Source of the DNA: a virus
Taxonomy: Duplodnaviria > Caudoviricetes
Length of the DNA stretch: 39,873 nucleotides
Reading direction: 5' to 3' (one strand)
IMG/VR virus record: IMGVR_UViG_3300006851_000008
Coordinates: 1 to 39,873 of that record
Below the pieces are notes generated by a model, which saw nothing but the letters and a program-made list of their open reading frames with translations, was not told the origin of the DNA and did not search any database. The position numbers and the translations under genes are program-made. Below are positions 10,002 to 19,425 of the stretch, in pieces (position 1 is the first letter of the stretch; every line of letters starts with the position of its first letter).

Positions 10002-10009
10002 CAAATATA
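10002..10009 (-). promoter_or_regulatory. Bacteroidota -7 element
   Basis: TATATTTG on the minus strand immediately upstream of the structured leader. Confidence 0.65.
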
Positions 10010-10027
10010 GAGATGTATATTGGATAT

Positions 10028-10061
10028 AAAAAATCCTATAAGCATGAATACTCATAGGATT
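10028..10061 (-). terminator. Rho-independent terminator after the moron gene
   Basis: Minus strand AATCCTATGAG-loop-CTTATAGGATT followed by a T run. Confidence 0.65.
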
Positions 10062-10087
10062 AAAAATGGACTTTATGGATTATGTTT

Positions 10088-10603
10088 TTACTTTACTATT
10101 TTTATTAATGTATTTCTAGCTTTATTTGCTTTTATAACTGAATCCTTACCTTCAAACTCAAATATTGTTTCATGTTCAAATTTACCGTCATTCCATTCTA
10201 TAACTAATTAAGCTAATTCGTTTTTAGTTTTCTTTTTTAAAGCAAAAGCAAAGAGTCCAGTTAATAACATTCTCCCAACTGTTACTCTCCTTTCTATTGT
10301 TGTTTGGTCTTCAACCAAAATATTGTTTATATATGATTTCTCTATAGATCCTTGAATCCTGGTAGAATGAGAAGCTACTTCGTTTAAAATAAATAACTTT
10401 GATTCTTTTGCAACAATACAACTTATAGTAATAGAATCGTCTATTGTTGGATGGCCAGCAATGTATTTACCTGTGTCAACTTTATTATTTAAGTTATATC
10501 CAGCATTGATGAGCTTCTTATTACTTTCTTTAGTTTCCTTTTCATTTTTAGCAACAACAATAAAAATAAATATAACTACAGCTATTAAAATTATCCAGAG
10601 CAT
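10088..10603 (-). pseudogene. Membrane-anchored moron protein interrupted by an in-frame TAA at 10208-10210
   Basis: N-terminal TM helix; after ...KNELA* the frame stays open for 39 codons (LVIEWNDGKFEHETIFEFEGKD...) up to TAA at 10088, just before the terminator; own -7 box at 10627-10634. Confidence 0.6.
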
Positions 10604-10664
10604 GTTTAAAGGTTTTTAAGTTAAATCAAATATAATAATTTATTTTACTATAAACCTATTATGA

Positions 10665-10790
10665 TTACTTACAGCCTATTGCTGTTGTTAGTACAAAGAC
10701 AATAAACATAAACATCAATAATACTACGAGTGAATGATTTTGCTTTACTCTTAGATTGTTTGGTGGGATAGGACGGGATAGTTTTCTCAT
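10665..10790 (-). CDS. Possible small hydrophobic peptide (41 aa)
   Basis: ATG 4 nt after the upstream stop; C-terminal hydrophobic stretch LVVLLMFMFIVFVLTTAIG. Confidence 0.3.
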   Translation of the reverse strand: MRKLSRPIPPNNLRVKQNHSLVVLLMFMFIVFVLTTAIGCK

Positions 10791-10794
10791 TACC

Positions 10795-11175
10795 CTATAT
10801 TTTATACTCATTCCGCAGTTGTTTTTTAATGCCATCGGTGTACTCAAATTGCAATCTGCGAATAATGTTGTTCATGTGGCCGAACAAAATTCGGTTATGA
10901 ATAGGGTAGTGCTTCTTTTTTTTCTTTCCATCCTTCTTTGTTTTCCTACTCTTCATGTCTATAAACCTGTGCTCTGGTGTATGTGTGTAGCGTAGTGTAG
11001 TATCGTTGGCGCTGTATTCGCGGAAAGCATACCAACCAGCAGATTCAAAACGATTCTTAGCCATTACTTGGGTTTGTTTTGATTCTATATTCTTGGCTTC
11101 CTCTTTAAGTATCTTTTTTGTAAAGGCTAGTTTAAGGAAATCGCTGTTGTCGCTTCGTTTGTCTAGTAAACTCAT
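10795..11175 (-). CDS. Putative neck/tail-completion protein
   Basis: Basic 126-aa ORF in the portal-to-tape-measure operon; positional inference. Confidence 0.5.
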   Translation of the reverse strand: MSLLDKRSDNSDFLKLAFTKKILKEEAKNIESKQTQVMAKNRFESAGWYAFREYSANDTTLRYTHTPEHRFIDMKSRKTKKDGKKKKKHYPIHNRILFGHMNNIIRRLQFEYTDGIKKQLRNEYKI

Positions 11176-11176
11176 G

Positions 11177-11668
11177 TTAGTATTCGTCGTTTATGTAGGT
11201 TATCATCCATCCGTTGCAACCAGATCTTAACCAGACTGGATCCATACTGAAACTACCTGGTTTTATTTTGCTTATAAAATTACAATCGCCACTTGTGGCC
11301 AAGGTAATCAGGCTGTTCATAACATCGATGGCTATGTTTTGAGTGTTGTTCATCATGTCTAGGAATTGATCGTGCGTATTATCAGAGCTGTCTGTTTTAT
11401 GTAGCACTATCATAGCGTTTACACTGTTCCAGTTAACATTGTCTAGGCTACCACTGCTATTGTACTCTGGAATAACTCCTATAAGAATGTAATTATCTTG
11501 CACTCTTATTTTATCTAGATTCCTGTTTAGTTGTGATTCGTCTACTACTACATCAGTAGTTTTTATTTCTTGCACAAGTGTTTGTATGTGCGAGACTAAT
11601 TGTCGGAGATCGTTTATTTTATTTTTTCTCATTGCTGTTTGATTTTTCTTGTGCCTTGGCCTCGTCAA
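11177..11668 (-). CDS. Putative tail terminator-like protein (true start probably MRKNK)
   Basis: Size, position and C-terminal 'GCNGWMITY' resemble tail-terminator proteins; inference. Confidence 0.45.
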   Translation of the reverse strand: MTRPRHKKNQTAMRKNKINDLRQLVSHIQTLVQEIKTTDVVVDESQLNRNLDKIRVQDNYILIGVIPEYNSSGSLDNVNWNSVNAMIVLHKTDSSDNTHDQFLDMMNNTQNIAIDVMNSLITLATSGDCNFISKIKPGSFSMDPVWLRSGCNGWMITYINDEY

Positions 11669-12512
11669 GTTCTGCTTTCTTTAGGTTGTATAGATATAAC
11701 AACACTTCCCACATTGGTCTGCTGTTCACATTCTCTAAGTCGCCAAGCCCGCCTTGGTTTGCAATATGGAAGGCTATTCCTAGCATGCCTAAGCCTGGTA
11801 TGTCGCTTTTTAATGTATTGCTAGCTGGCTGATTGTCGTTGAATAGAATGGATAGATCTATCTCACTACCTTCTACTATCATCACGCTGTTGGATAGTTG
11901 TTCGTGGAAAGAACGGAAGTAAAAGAAGAATCCGAATAAGGCACCTGGTGATATATACTTTCTTGCTCGAATGCTAATGGTTTTATCGCTTCGCACATCT
12001 ATTCCGTTCTCTCTTAATTTCCTTGTGCTTCTAAACCAGTATTTGAATTCCTTTTTTCTATAAAACACAGCAAGTAATGCCGATAGATTCTCGATAGATG
12101 CTTCGGTGGTGCAGTGGTAAAACTTGTCTAGTCCTTTTACAAATTCGCCAAAGGTTATGTTTGAGAATCCATCGTATGGTCCGTGATATTTTCGGAACAA
12201 ACCCCATACAGTTTGCACTAAGTTTGTTTCCATATAGGTGTTTAGTCTGAACTGATTGCTGTTCTCTGTGAATAGTGAATCGAACACATTGCTAATGTTC
12301 ATTATTACCTCGCGTTGTTCTTCTGTTTTGATTGATCTCTTCTTAATTCCTAATAGTCGTACTGCTAGTAGGAATTTAAATTGCACAAAGTTAATAGCAC
12401 CATGATCCAGTTTATGAAGTAGCTCGCAAAGTATAATGAACTGCTTCTTTGTAAACTGATCTATGCTAGCCGGTAGAAAGTAAGTGTGCTTATGTGTTTT
12501 TATGGTGTGCAT
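11619..12512 (-). CDS. Hypothetical phage morphogenesis protein
   Basis: 297-aa ORF coupled within the neck operon. Confidence 0.6.
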   Translation of the reverse strand: MHTIKTHKHTYFLPASIDQFTKKQFIILCELLHKLDHGAINFVQFKFLLAVRLLGIKKRSIKTEEQREVIMNISNVFDSLFTENSNQFRLNTYMETNLVQTVWGLFRKYHGPYDGFSNITFGEFVKGLDKFYHCTTEASIENLSALLAVFYRKKEFKYWFRSTRKLRENGIDVRSDKTISIRARKYISPGALFGFFFYFRSFHEQLSNSVMIVEGSEIDLSILFNDNQPASNTLKSDIPGLGMLGIAFHIANQGGLGDLENVNSRPMWEVLLYLYNLKKAELDEAKAQEKSNSNEKK

Positions 12513-13375
12513 TAAGAATCAACAAATTTTGAATTAGTATTGAATGTGAATTTAATTTCCTCTGTATCGTTTGTGCCTACATGCATTTCCAATTCTCTTA
12601 GGCTCTTTAAGGAGTCTTGCATGTAGAGTTGTGCCAATTGCTCTGGTGCATTGTTTGATGGTGCTCTTTTGGATTTTCCGTGGTTAGTTTCTTCAATTTG
12701 AAAGCCTTCTCTGAATAAGGTAGCACGCAAACGGGTAGCACCTTTGCTTATGGCATAGAACACACAGGCCTCTGTAATAATTTCGCTAAGTAAATCTTTG
12801 TTGTCATAATCCTCTAGTGGTTTTTCTAACCTGGAGTTTATATGACGTGTTTCGCATTCCTTTAGGTATGGTCGTAATCTAAGAAACAAAAGCCTAGACT
12901 GGATAGGGTAGACGGCCGAGAACTTCTCTATTGTGTTTACGTGTATAGAAGTAAACTCATTGTATATATCAGATTCTTTCCAATACTGTTTCTCTTCTAA
13001 TGCTTGTAATAATGTGCTGATTGATTCATCGGCTCGTATCTGTAGGTTCTCATCGTCTTTATCTAGCATCCACTCGAACGGAGTTTTGTAACGCTCATCG
13101 CTTAGCATCCTTCTGCCATCATTGGTATGTGCTAGGTTGCTAGTTGGAGCGTGCCTTCTGTATGCTTCTATGTATAACGCATACTTAAGGGTATGCTGGA
13201 TATCAGTATCGTCCTCATCGCTTATAATAGCATTGTATACTGTCTTACTAATTATATCGTATATATAATTTCGAGAGCCAATAAGATCAGGGTGTAGTCT
13301 AGTGTAGGACAAATCGGCATGGGTAAAACCCAACACCTCTTTAAAATCTTGTCCAAAGTTTTCTTCTGTGAACAT
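12512..13375 (-). CDS. Putative head-tail adaptor (DUF6712-like)
   Basis: Helical 287-aa ORF directly after the portal; family name from recollection, not a search. Confidence 0.45.
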   Translation of the reverse strand: MFTEENFGQDFKEVLGFTHADLSYTRLHPDLIGSRNYIYDIISKTVYNAIISDEDDTDIQHTLKYALYIEAYRRHAPTSNLAHTNDGRRMLSDERYKTPFEWMLDKDDENLQIRADESISTLLQALEEKQYWKESDIYNEFTSIHVNTIEKFSAVYPIQSRLLFLRLRPYLKECETRHINSRLEKPLEDYDNKDLLSEIITEACVFYAISKGATRLRATLFREGFQIEETNHGKSKRAPSNNAPEQLAQLYMQDSLKSLRELEMHVGTNDTEEIKFTFNTNSKFVDS

Positions 13376-14697
13376 TATATATTTTCTTTAATACGGTTAC
13401 CTGAATGTATATTTTTTTCTGCCTGTGGTTTGTAATGATAGAAGCCAAGCTTTAAATCTTTCTCAGGCCAATTGGCTTTGATTGCTAAGTTGATTGCTTT
13501 GGTTACTATCATTTCTGGTATTGCTATACCAGTCTGCAAATAGTTCTTAAGTGCATATAATTGTTCAGACCCACTGTCGGCCTTACCTGCTACATTAATA
13601 TTACCTAGCGCACCATGCAAGCCAACACCTGCAGCAAGTGCCTCATCTGCTCGTTTACTTATATCAATTTGCGACCGCACAAACTCACGTACATCTTGTT
13701 TAATTGGTTTAATCTCCCAACCATGCTCTAGTATGTTTTGGCCTTGCACTTCTAAAGTTTTTACCGAATGCCAGAATTTACCTGTGTTCTGAGCATCAGA
13801 TAATGCATTGGCAACCTTCTCCAGATATTCGGTACGGAATTCAATAAGCATGGACTCCTTATAAGGCTTCCCCTTTTTAATACATTCATCCTCTAATTCT
13901 TCACGTTTAGTTTCCCAGAAATACGCTGGGGATATAATGTGATACTTAATATTAATTGAGTTGCGTGATAACGCTTCCAGTATAACAGGAATAGCAGTAG
14001 AACGTTTTAGCCATTCAAGTGACCCGTACAAGGACGGGATAGTGTAGTAGTCGCTACAGAAACTAGGCAGGTTACTATACAACATAGTAGTGCCATGCTT
14101 GAATGGATTGCGATGGTCGAACATTGGATAAGCTTTCCATTTAGCTCCTTTTCGAACTACCATGTGCGATGGCTTATCGTCTCCCTTCTTCTTAGCCAAG
14201 TTCGTGTATTTGAAAGAACTGTGTTCTATCTCTGTAACGAACCCTTTTATTCTGTAACCTCTATTTAACTTTAGCTTAGTGCAAGTGCCTTCTAGGTGCT
14301 GGTAGTCCACGCTACTCTTTAGCAGGTAATCCTCAGCATTGATATCTGTTAACCAATCTTCTATCACTCTATCGCTTACCCATTCGCGTATGAGCTCTCC
14401 TTCTTTAACTATCTCTTTGTATAGCCTTGGACCTTGTCCCCATAGTAGCTGTGTTTTTTTCTGTAGTATGCCTGGTGCGATATAATTCGCATGGATAATA
14501 TCTCTGACTTCTACAGGAAGATTGTTTGCAGATCCATATGGTAAGATAGTGAAGTCGCCTGCTGGCTGAATGTCTGCCCAATTGAAAGGAGAAACATTAA
14601 GCGTTTGTAGATCTCGTGGGTTTTTATTTTCAGAGAACGTTACACTTACGTTGTCTGCTTGAATAATTCCGCTGGTGTCTGTAATGTATTCAATCAT
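13375..14697 (-). CDS. Putative portal protein
   Basis: 440 aa; 'PYGSANNLP', 'LLWGQGPRLY', 'DYYTIP' and 'SGSEQLYA' motifs typical of Bacteroidota prophage portals. Confidence 0.7.
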   Translation of the reverse strand: MIEYITDTSGIIQADNVSVTFSENKNPRDLQTLNVSPFNWADIQPAGDFTILPYGSANNLPVEVRDIIHANYIAPGILQKKTQLLWGQGPRLYKEIVKEGELIREWVSDRVIEDWLTDINAEDYLLKSSVDYQHLEGTCTKLKLNRGYRIKGFVTEIEHSSFKYTNLAKKKGDDKPSHMVVRKGAKWKAYPMFDHRNPFKHGTTMLYSNLPSFCSDYYTIPSLYGSLEWLKRSTAIPVILEALSRNSINIKYHIISPAYFWETKREELEDECIKKGKPYKESMLIEFRTEYLEKVANALSDAQNTGKFWHSVKTLEVQGQNILEHGWEIKPIKQDVREFVRSQIDISKRADEALAAGVGLHGALGNINVAGKADSGSEQLYALKNYLQTGIAIPEMIVTKAINLAIKANWPEKDLKLGFYHYKPQAEKNIHSGNRIKENI

Positions 14698-14974
14698 CTT
14701 TATAGATTGGTTTGTTATTTACTTTAAGCAATAGTGGAAGGTAAAACCATCCGTTGTTGCCTGTCTTATACTCTTTGTAACCTATTAGAACACGACCTTT
14801 TTTATACTTCCTGTTGGACAATCCAGTACGAAGCATAACCTTTTTCTTTGTTACTATCCCGTTGCTAGTACCATCTGTTTCGTTGTAACTAGCAAAAGTT
14901 ATATCGAACGGAATGCCCTGCTTGCTTAGCCTATGTAGTTTGCCTACTGTTCTATATAGCACTCTTGTTTTCAT
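14690..14974 (-). CDS. Hypothetical phage protein preceding the portal
   Basis: 94-aa basic ORF overlapping the portal start. Confidence 0.65.
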   Translation of the reverse strand: MKTRVLYRTVGKLHRLSKQGIPFDITFASYNETDGTSNGIVTKKKVMLRTGLSNRKYKKGRVLIGYKEYKTGNNGWFYLPLLLKVNNKPIYKDD

Positions 14975-15007
14975 ATAGGCAATCTAGTTACTTGTTGCGT
15001 TTTAGTC

Positions 15008-15017
15008 TGTTACATGC
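15008..15017 (-). promoter_or_regulatory. Putative late-promoter motif (portal operon)
   Basis: TCTGTTACATGCGAAA (15006-15021) is identical over 16 bp to 9722-9737. Confidence 0.6.
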
Positions 15018-15104
15018 GAAAAGCATAAACCTGTTGGCGTGCCACATATCTAAAAATCTTTGGGCGTGTTCCAACACTTAAGGAAGTCAGCGGGCTCGGC
15101 TCGG

Positions 15105-15152
15105 CAACAAACAACCTAACCGCAATTTATTTGCGGTTAGGTTTGTTTGTTG
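15105..15152. repeat. 21-bp inverted repeat in a long non-coding region
   Basis: CAACAAACAACCTAACCGCAA-TTTAT-TTGCGGTTAGGTTTGTTTGTTG (one bulge). Confidence 0.75.
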
Positions 15153-15532
15153 GAAATCAAGGGTTTAGGTTTTTGCGGATTTAAATAAGTAGGTCAAAAA
15201 GCTGCTTTTATAAATGGAAGACGTGTATTTTATAATGATTCTAAATAACTAAGTTTATTATAAAGACTGTAGGGCGACATCTTGTAAATTTTAAAGTTTT
15301 TGTGTAAAATTTTTTTTGAAAAGAAAGTAGTTTATTTAAAACGTATGCAGTGTTATAAATGACGTAAAGCCTTTAAAAGTCAATGTTTCGGGGGCTTCTG
15401 AATGCTTAATATGTTAGGCTTTTTGTATAGGTTTTTGTATCTTTATGATACATAAAGGGAAGGGAAGAGCCCAACCAAATAACAATAAAAGGAGGTGCGC
15501 GAACACCTCCTTAACTTAAAAACATTTATCAC

Positions 15533-15739
15533 ATGGACGCGATAAACATCAATGACAAAAGTACGGAATTTACACAAGCCGTAAAAGAATTACTAACGCA
15601 AAAAGGTTATTCTCATTTGTATTGGGAGAATGATGTTCTTTACTTCATGCACCAGGTCGGAGCAACGCCTTGCAAGGTTGCAAATTGTATAATCGAAGAA
15701 AACGGAGCGGTTTCAGACTTTACAGCTTATTACCTGTAA
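15533..15739 (+). CDS. Hypothetical protein
   Basis: 68-aa ORF with A-rich leader, preceded by a TATCTTTA box (15438-15445) and hairpin AAGGAGGTG/CACCTCCTT (15489-15512). Confidence 0.6.
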   Translation: MDAININDKSTEFTQAVKELLTQKGYSHLYWENDVLYFMHQVGATPCKVANCIIEENGAVSDFTAYYL

Positions 15740-15787
15740 ATGTTAAACAAAGTCTATTTCTGTTAAATTCAACTAAAAAAATACAAT

Positions 15788-16246
15788 ATGCATACCTTAA
15801 AGAGAAATCAAATGCCAATCGTTGACGAGATAACAATATCTTACAAGCGTAACAATGATTATAAATTAAAAATCCGCTCATCTCGTGATGCTTCTAAAAT
15901 AGCCCGTAATGTAATAGGCGAAAATATGGAGTATAAAGAGTATTTCTATGCTATAGTTATGAACAACTCTAACCAAGTTCTAGGAGTTAAAAAAATAAGC
16001 TCCGGAGGGATAACCGGTACAATGGTAGATATTAGAATAATATTCCAAACCTTACTAAAAGCGCATAGTACAAGCTTTATAATATTTCATAATCACCCAA
16101 GCGGTACGCTAGTAGCTAGCAACGCAGATAAACGAATAACTAAGAAAATAAAACAAGCTAGTGAGCTTTTAGACATTAAGCTGTTAGATCATATTATAAT
16201 AACAAAAGATAGTTTCTTTTCTTTTGCAGACGAAAATATGTTATAA
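15788..16246 (+). CDS. radC: JAB/MPN (RadC-like) domain protein
   Basis: KEYFY, GGITGTMVDIR, HNHPSG...S.AD, LLDHIII, SFADE motifs. Confidence 0.93.
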   Translation: MHTLKRNQMPIVDEITISYKRNNDYKLKIRSSRDASKIARNVIGENMEYKEYFYAIVMNNSNQVLGVKKISSGGITGTMVDIRIIFQTLLKAHSTSFIIFHNHPSGTLVASNADKRITKKIKQASELLDIKLLDHIIITKDSFFSFADENML

Positions 16247-16260
16247 CATTTATTAATCAT

Positions 16261-16287
16261 AAAGCCCAGGCGCAAATCTGGGCTTTT
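16261..16287 (+). terminator. Rho-independent terminator after the JAB gene
   Basis: AAAGCCCAG-GCGCAAAT-CTGGGCTTTT. Confidence 0.7.
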
Positions 16288-16307
16288 CAAAAAAATCGGC
16301 TTCGCCG

Positions 16308-16541
16308 ATGATGGCATTTTTTAATTTTATTATTATGAACAGAAACGAGCAAATTAAAAAATCAAAGCAGATCGTTGACTTCTTGAACGATAGAGATTTG
16401 ATTTCAGTGAAAACTTTGGAAGACAAACTGAACCTTCCAGGATCAACTATTTCTAAAGCAATTTATGGGACCAGATTAATACCAAAAAAACACATTAAAT
16501 CGATTGAATGTGTTTTGGAGAAGTACGGCTATCTAAGATAG
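16308..16541 (+). CDS. Small XRE-like helix-turn-helix protein (start probably MNRNE)
   Basis: 'ISVKTLEDKLNLPGSTISKAIYGTRLIP' HTH pattern. Confidence 0.6.
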   Translation: MMAFFNFIIMNRNEQIKKSKQIVDFLNDRDLISVKTLEDKLNLPGSTISKAIYGTRLIPKKHIKSIECVLEKYGYLR

Positions 16542-16572
16542 CCGTATGTAAAATTAAATCACTTTGAATTGT

Positions 16573-16905
16573 CTAAAACGATAAATCATCATCCTCTTCA
16601 CCACCAACAATATTCTTTATTTCCTCTGGAGATACGTCGGTGGCCGTGGGTTCTCTAAATTTTAAATTCCCTATGTAGTACGGGTTCTTCTCTTTGGCTT
16701 CGTAAGCTTCTTTGCTAAGTTGCATCTGTACAGAAGCATCCTGCCCGTACTGATCTGGTTCATCGTTTACCCAAACATTTATGTCGAAAAAGATTTGTTC
16801 TCCATGTTTTGTTTGAATTCTTTGTGCCTTTATCTTTCCGCTTTGTAGTGCGTATTTAATTCTGGTCCAGTTTAATTGGCCATAAAATGATCTGTTTTTA
16901 CTCAT
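16573..16905 (-). CDS. Putative single-stranded DNA-binding protein
   Basis: Beta-rich core 'FFDINVWVNDEPDQYGQDASV' and acidic SSB-like tail EEDDDLSF. Confidence 0.5.
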   Translation of the reverse strand: MSKNRSFYGQLNWTRIKYALQSGKIKAQRIQTKHGEQIFFDINVWVNDEPDQYGQDASVQMQLSKEAYEAKEKNPYYIGNLKFREPTATDVSPEEIKNIVGGEEDDDLSF

Positions 16906-16928
16906 AGTTATTTGTTTTAATTATTATT

Positions 16929-17405
16929 TTATTCTGACTTATCTTCTTCTTCTTCTTCTTCTTTGAAGATTTCTAGATATCGTTCTAAAACATCTTCAAA
17001 TGCTGCTACTCTAATAAAACTGTTTTTCGCTTCATCTAGATCGTATCTTACAGAAACATATACTCTCGCATTATCTTTCCATTTTTCAATTTCCTCTTCT
17101 AAAAAAGATATAAAAGAATTTCTTTTCATCTTTTTATTTAGAATTGTAGCTTCGTCTACATATTTTGGTGATAGTTTTTCTAGCATAGCATTATTTAAAT
17201 CTTGTAAATGCACATGAAGCTCAAGGAGCTTACCTCTTTTAAAAGAAGAAGTTTTTTCCATACAATATAATATGTACTCTTTCTTTCGAAACATTTCGTT
17301 GAGAGTTAACTTACTGTTAGAAGTAGACATTAACACTTCGCCTGTTTTTATAATATTGCATTTAGGTTGCTCTGGATTATCACTGCTTGGAATTTGAGTT
17401 CTCAT
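16929..17405 (-). CDS. Hypothetical phage protein
   Basis: 158-aa ORF in co-oriented accessory block. Confidence 0.6.
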   Translation of the reverse strand: MRTQIPSSDNPEQPKCNIIKTGEVLMSTSNSKLTLNEMFRKKEYILYCMEKTSSFKRGKLLELHVHLQDLNNAMLEKLSPKYVDEATILNKKMKRNSFISFLEEEIEKWKDNARVYVSVRYDLDEAKNSFIRVAAFEDVLERYLEIFKEEEEEEDKSE

Positions 17406-17415
17406 AATTGTTCTT

Positions 17416-17637
17416 TTATAAATTATTATTCCTTCTCTCTATTGCGTATAGATATCGCTTATACTTTCTAATAGTTTTCCAAGCAAAGTACTTTCCAGAT
17501 AATCTTTGCATCCATCCAATTTTTACAGCACCTGCCCACCAACTAGATGATATCTCATAATCTATTAAGTCTTTTTGTGGTATTCTTTTCATATCCTTCC
17601 TTTTACTTAGTTCCAGTACTTCCATAACCGCCAGCAC
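17416..17637 (-). CDS. Hypothetical phage protein (start probably MKRIP)
   Basis: Co-oriented short ORF. Confidence 0.5.
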   Translation of the reverse strand: MLAVMEVLELSKRKDMKRIPQKDLIDYEISSSWWAGAVKIGWMQRLSGKYFAWKTIRKYKRYLYAIERRNNNL

Positions 17638-18070
17638 CTCGTGCTGTACTGGTTAATTCTTCTGTAAATTCAAATTGAACGCTTGGTATTGGCATTATTA
17701 TTAATTGGCCAATACGTTCTCCAATGTTGTAACTACCATTAATAATGCATCCTACCTCTATACCAGCAAAGTTTTTGTTTGATGCTATCGTTAAAGTAGG
17801 TTTGAACTTAAAAGTTACTTCGCCTCGATAACTTGCATCTATAACCCCTACTGCATTGCTTAATGCAATTGTTTTGTTCGCTATGCTGGACCTCGGGAAT
17901 ACGAGCCCAACAAATCCTTCCGGTATTTCAAAAGCTAACCCAGTGCCGTAAACAATGTTGCCACCTTCATTTACTCTAGAAGTAGCATATAAATCAAAAC
18001 CAGCATCTGCGCTGTGTTTTTTAAAAGGCATTTTAGCCTGTTCATGTAGCTTTTTAATTTTTACTTTCAT
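17603..18070 (-). CDS. dut: Trimeric dUTP pyrophosphatase
   Basis: Motifs AGFDL, PRSS, GVIDASYRGE, RIGQL, RGAGGYGSTG. Confidence 0.96.
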   Translation of the reverse strand: MKVKIKKLHEQAKMPFKKHSADAGFDLYATSRVNEGGNIVYGTGLAFEIPEGFVGLVFPRSSIANKTIALSNAVGVIDASYRGEVTFKFKPTLTIASNKNFAGIEVGCIINGSYNIGERIGQLIIMPIPSVQFEFTEELTSTARGAGGYGSTGTK

Positions 18071-18081
18071 AATTACTTTGT

Positions 18082-18447
18082 CTATTTTAAATTATCTAAC
18101 CTCCTATCATTAATCAACTCATTAATTACCACCGCATACGGATTACGTTCATATAATGCCTTGTAGTAACCATCGCTGTCATATTTTCTTTTCACTTCCT
18201 CAAGTGTTCGATTAAAACAATCTCTAATGTTATTATCATCGAGCCTTATCGATAGATCTATTTCCGCATCCGAAAATCGTTCGTTAAACTTTTGTATTAA
18301 CTCTTCATGGTTATCTGTATACAGCAATTCCGCAAAAGCTTTGCGCTCCAACTGATAACAGAATAGAAAAAGCGTAGCAATACTTAGCTTATCATCTAAA
18401 TTGTGAATACTTCTAGTAGTGTGGTATATTATCTTCTCTATTTCCAT
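18082..18447 (-). CDS. Hypothetical phage protein
   Basis: 121-aa co-oriented ORF. Confidence 0.6.
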   Translation of the reverse strand: MEIEKIIYHTTRSIHNLDDKLSIATLFLFCYQLERKAFAELLYTDNHEELIQKFNERFSDAEIDLSIRLDDNNIRDCFNRTLEEVKRKYDSDGYYKALYERNPYAVVINELINDRRLDNLK

Positions 18448-18623
18448 ATCGATAACCAGCTTTTCTTCTTATTCTCATAAAAAGTTGAACAACCACACTC
18501 TGGACAGTCGCAACGATCTATTCTTAATTTATGTGTTCTTATTTTTATTGTTTCTTCGCGAGTGCCAACCCAGTTGCAAGCAACGCATTGAATGTTTTTC
18601 GGTGATTTCTTTTTTCTAAACAT
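18438..18623 (-). CDS. Small Zn-ribbon protein
   Basis: CVAC...CPECG. Confidence 0.6.
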   Translation of the reverse strand: MFRKKKSPKNIQCVACNWVGTREETIKIRTHKLRIDRCDCPECGCSTFYENKKKSWLSIWK

Positions 18624-18630
18624 CTTTAAT

Positions 18631-18879
18631 CTACTTTACCAATCTTCTACCAAGCTCTAAATTCAATTCCTTAATAAACTTATAGACTCGTTTGCTCAAC
18701 TTTAAAAGTTCTTGTCTATGAATAACATCGTTTGCGCTTATCACCTCTAAATCTCTCATTCTATTATTTAGACTTCTATATTTATTATTATACTCTACAC
18801 GCAGTTCTTTGATTTCCTCTATAGAGTAATCTTTAAGAGAGAAGAGGTGATCAGTCATTTGAAAAAAATCTATTCGCAT
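18631..18879 (-). CDS. Hypothetical phage protein
   Basis: 82-aa co-oriented ORF. Confidence 0.55.
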   Translation of the reverse strand: MRIDFFQMTDHLFSLKDYSIEEIKELRVEYNNKYRSLNNRMRDLEVISANDVIHRQELLKLSKRVYKFIKELNLELGRRLVK

Positions 18880-18883
18880 ATCT

Positions 18884-19060
18884 CTAAAGTGTTGATGCTA
18901 TGTACATAGCGTTTTTAATGTATTTATCTTCTATTGCATTTTGCAACGCATCGTTCGCTGGCTCCTTCCAGTTAAGCGAACAATTTTGGCAGTACCTTAA
19001 ATTTATTTCGTCGGCGCTTAATCCATTCCAGCAATTCGGGCAGTATTTATTCTTGCTCAT
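18884..19060 (-). CDS. Small Zn-ribbon protein (58 aa, not in ORF track)
   Basis: Hand translation MSKNKYCPNCWNGLSADEINLRYCQNCSLNW...; fills the gap between neighbours. Confidence 0.6.
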   Translation of the reverse strand: MSKNKYCPNCWNGLSADEINLRYCQNCSLNWKEPANDALQNAIEDKYIKNAMYIASTL

Positions 19061-19080
19061 GTTTTTTAGTTTAGTAGTTC

Positions 19081-19401
19081 TTATATCTTCTTATCTGTCA
19101 TGTACCATAATGATCCACCTAGCAAACAAAGATTCATTTCTGGAAACCCGGTAACGAATATATTTTTGACATACATTTCCGTGCTTATTCGATGTTGCCC
19201 AAACTCAATTGGTTTGCACCGCTTGTGCTTTTCGTTTAGTTCTGCAGCCTTTTTATTTATGTTATACATAAAGTTCTTTAGGCTTTCTTCCTCTATTATC
19301 AACCCATCTAACTCGATAAGGTATTCGTACAGCTCTTTCTGTAGCTTGTTCTTTAATTTTGTGCCGTAAGTGGCCTGAAAATAATAATGTGTAACGTCCA
19401 T
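19081..19401 (-). CDS. Hypothetical phage protein
   Basis: 106-aa co-oriented ORF. Confidence 0.6.
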   Translation of the reverse strand: MDVTHYYFQATYGTKLKNKLQKELYEYLIELDGLIIEEESLKNFMYNINKKAAELNEKHKRCKPIEFGQHRISTEMYVKNIFVTGFPEMNLCLLGGSLWYMTDKKI

Positions 19402-19425
19402 GATTTTTAATTGTTTATGTTTTTT

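Noticed and set aside
10020-10211. 63-aa + strand ORF
   Set aside because: Antisense to the read-through part of the moron gene and spans its terminator.
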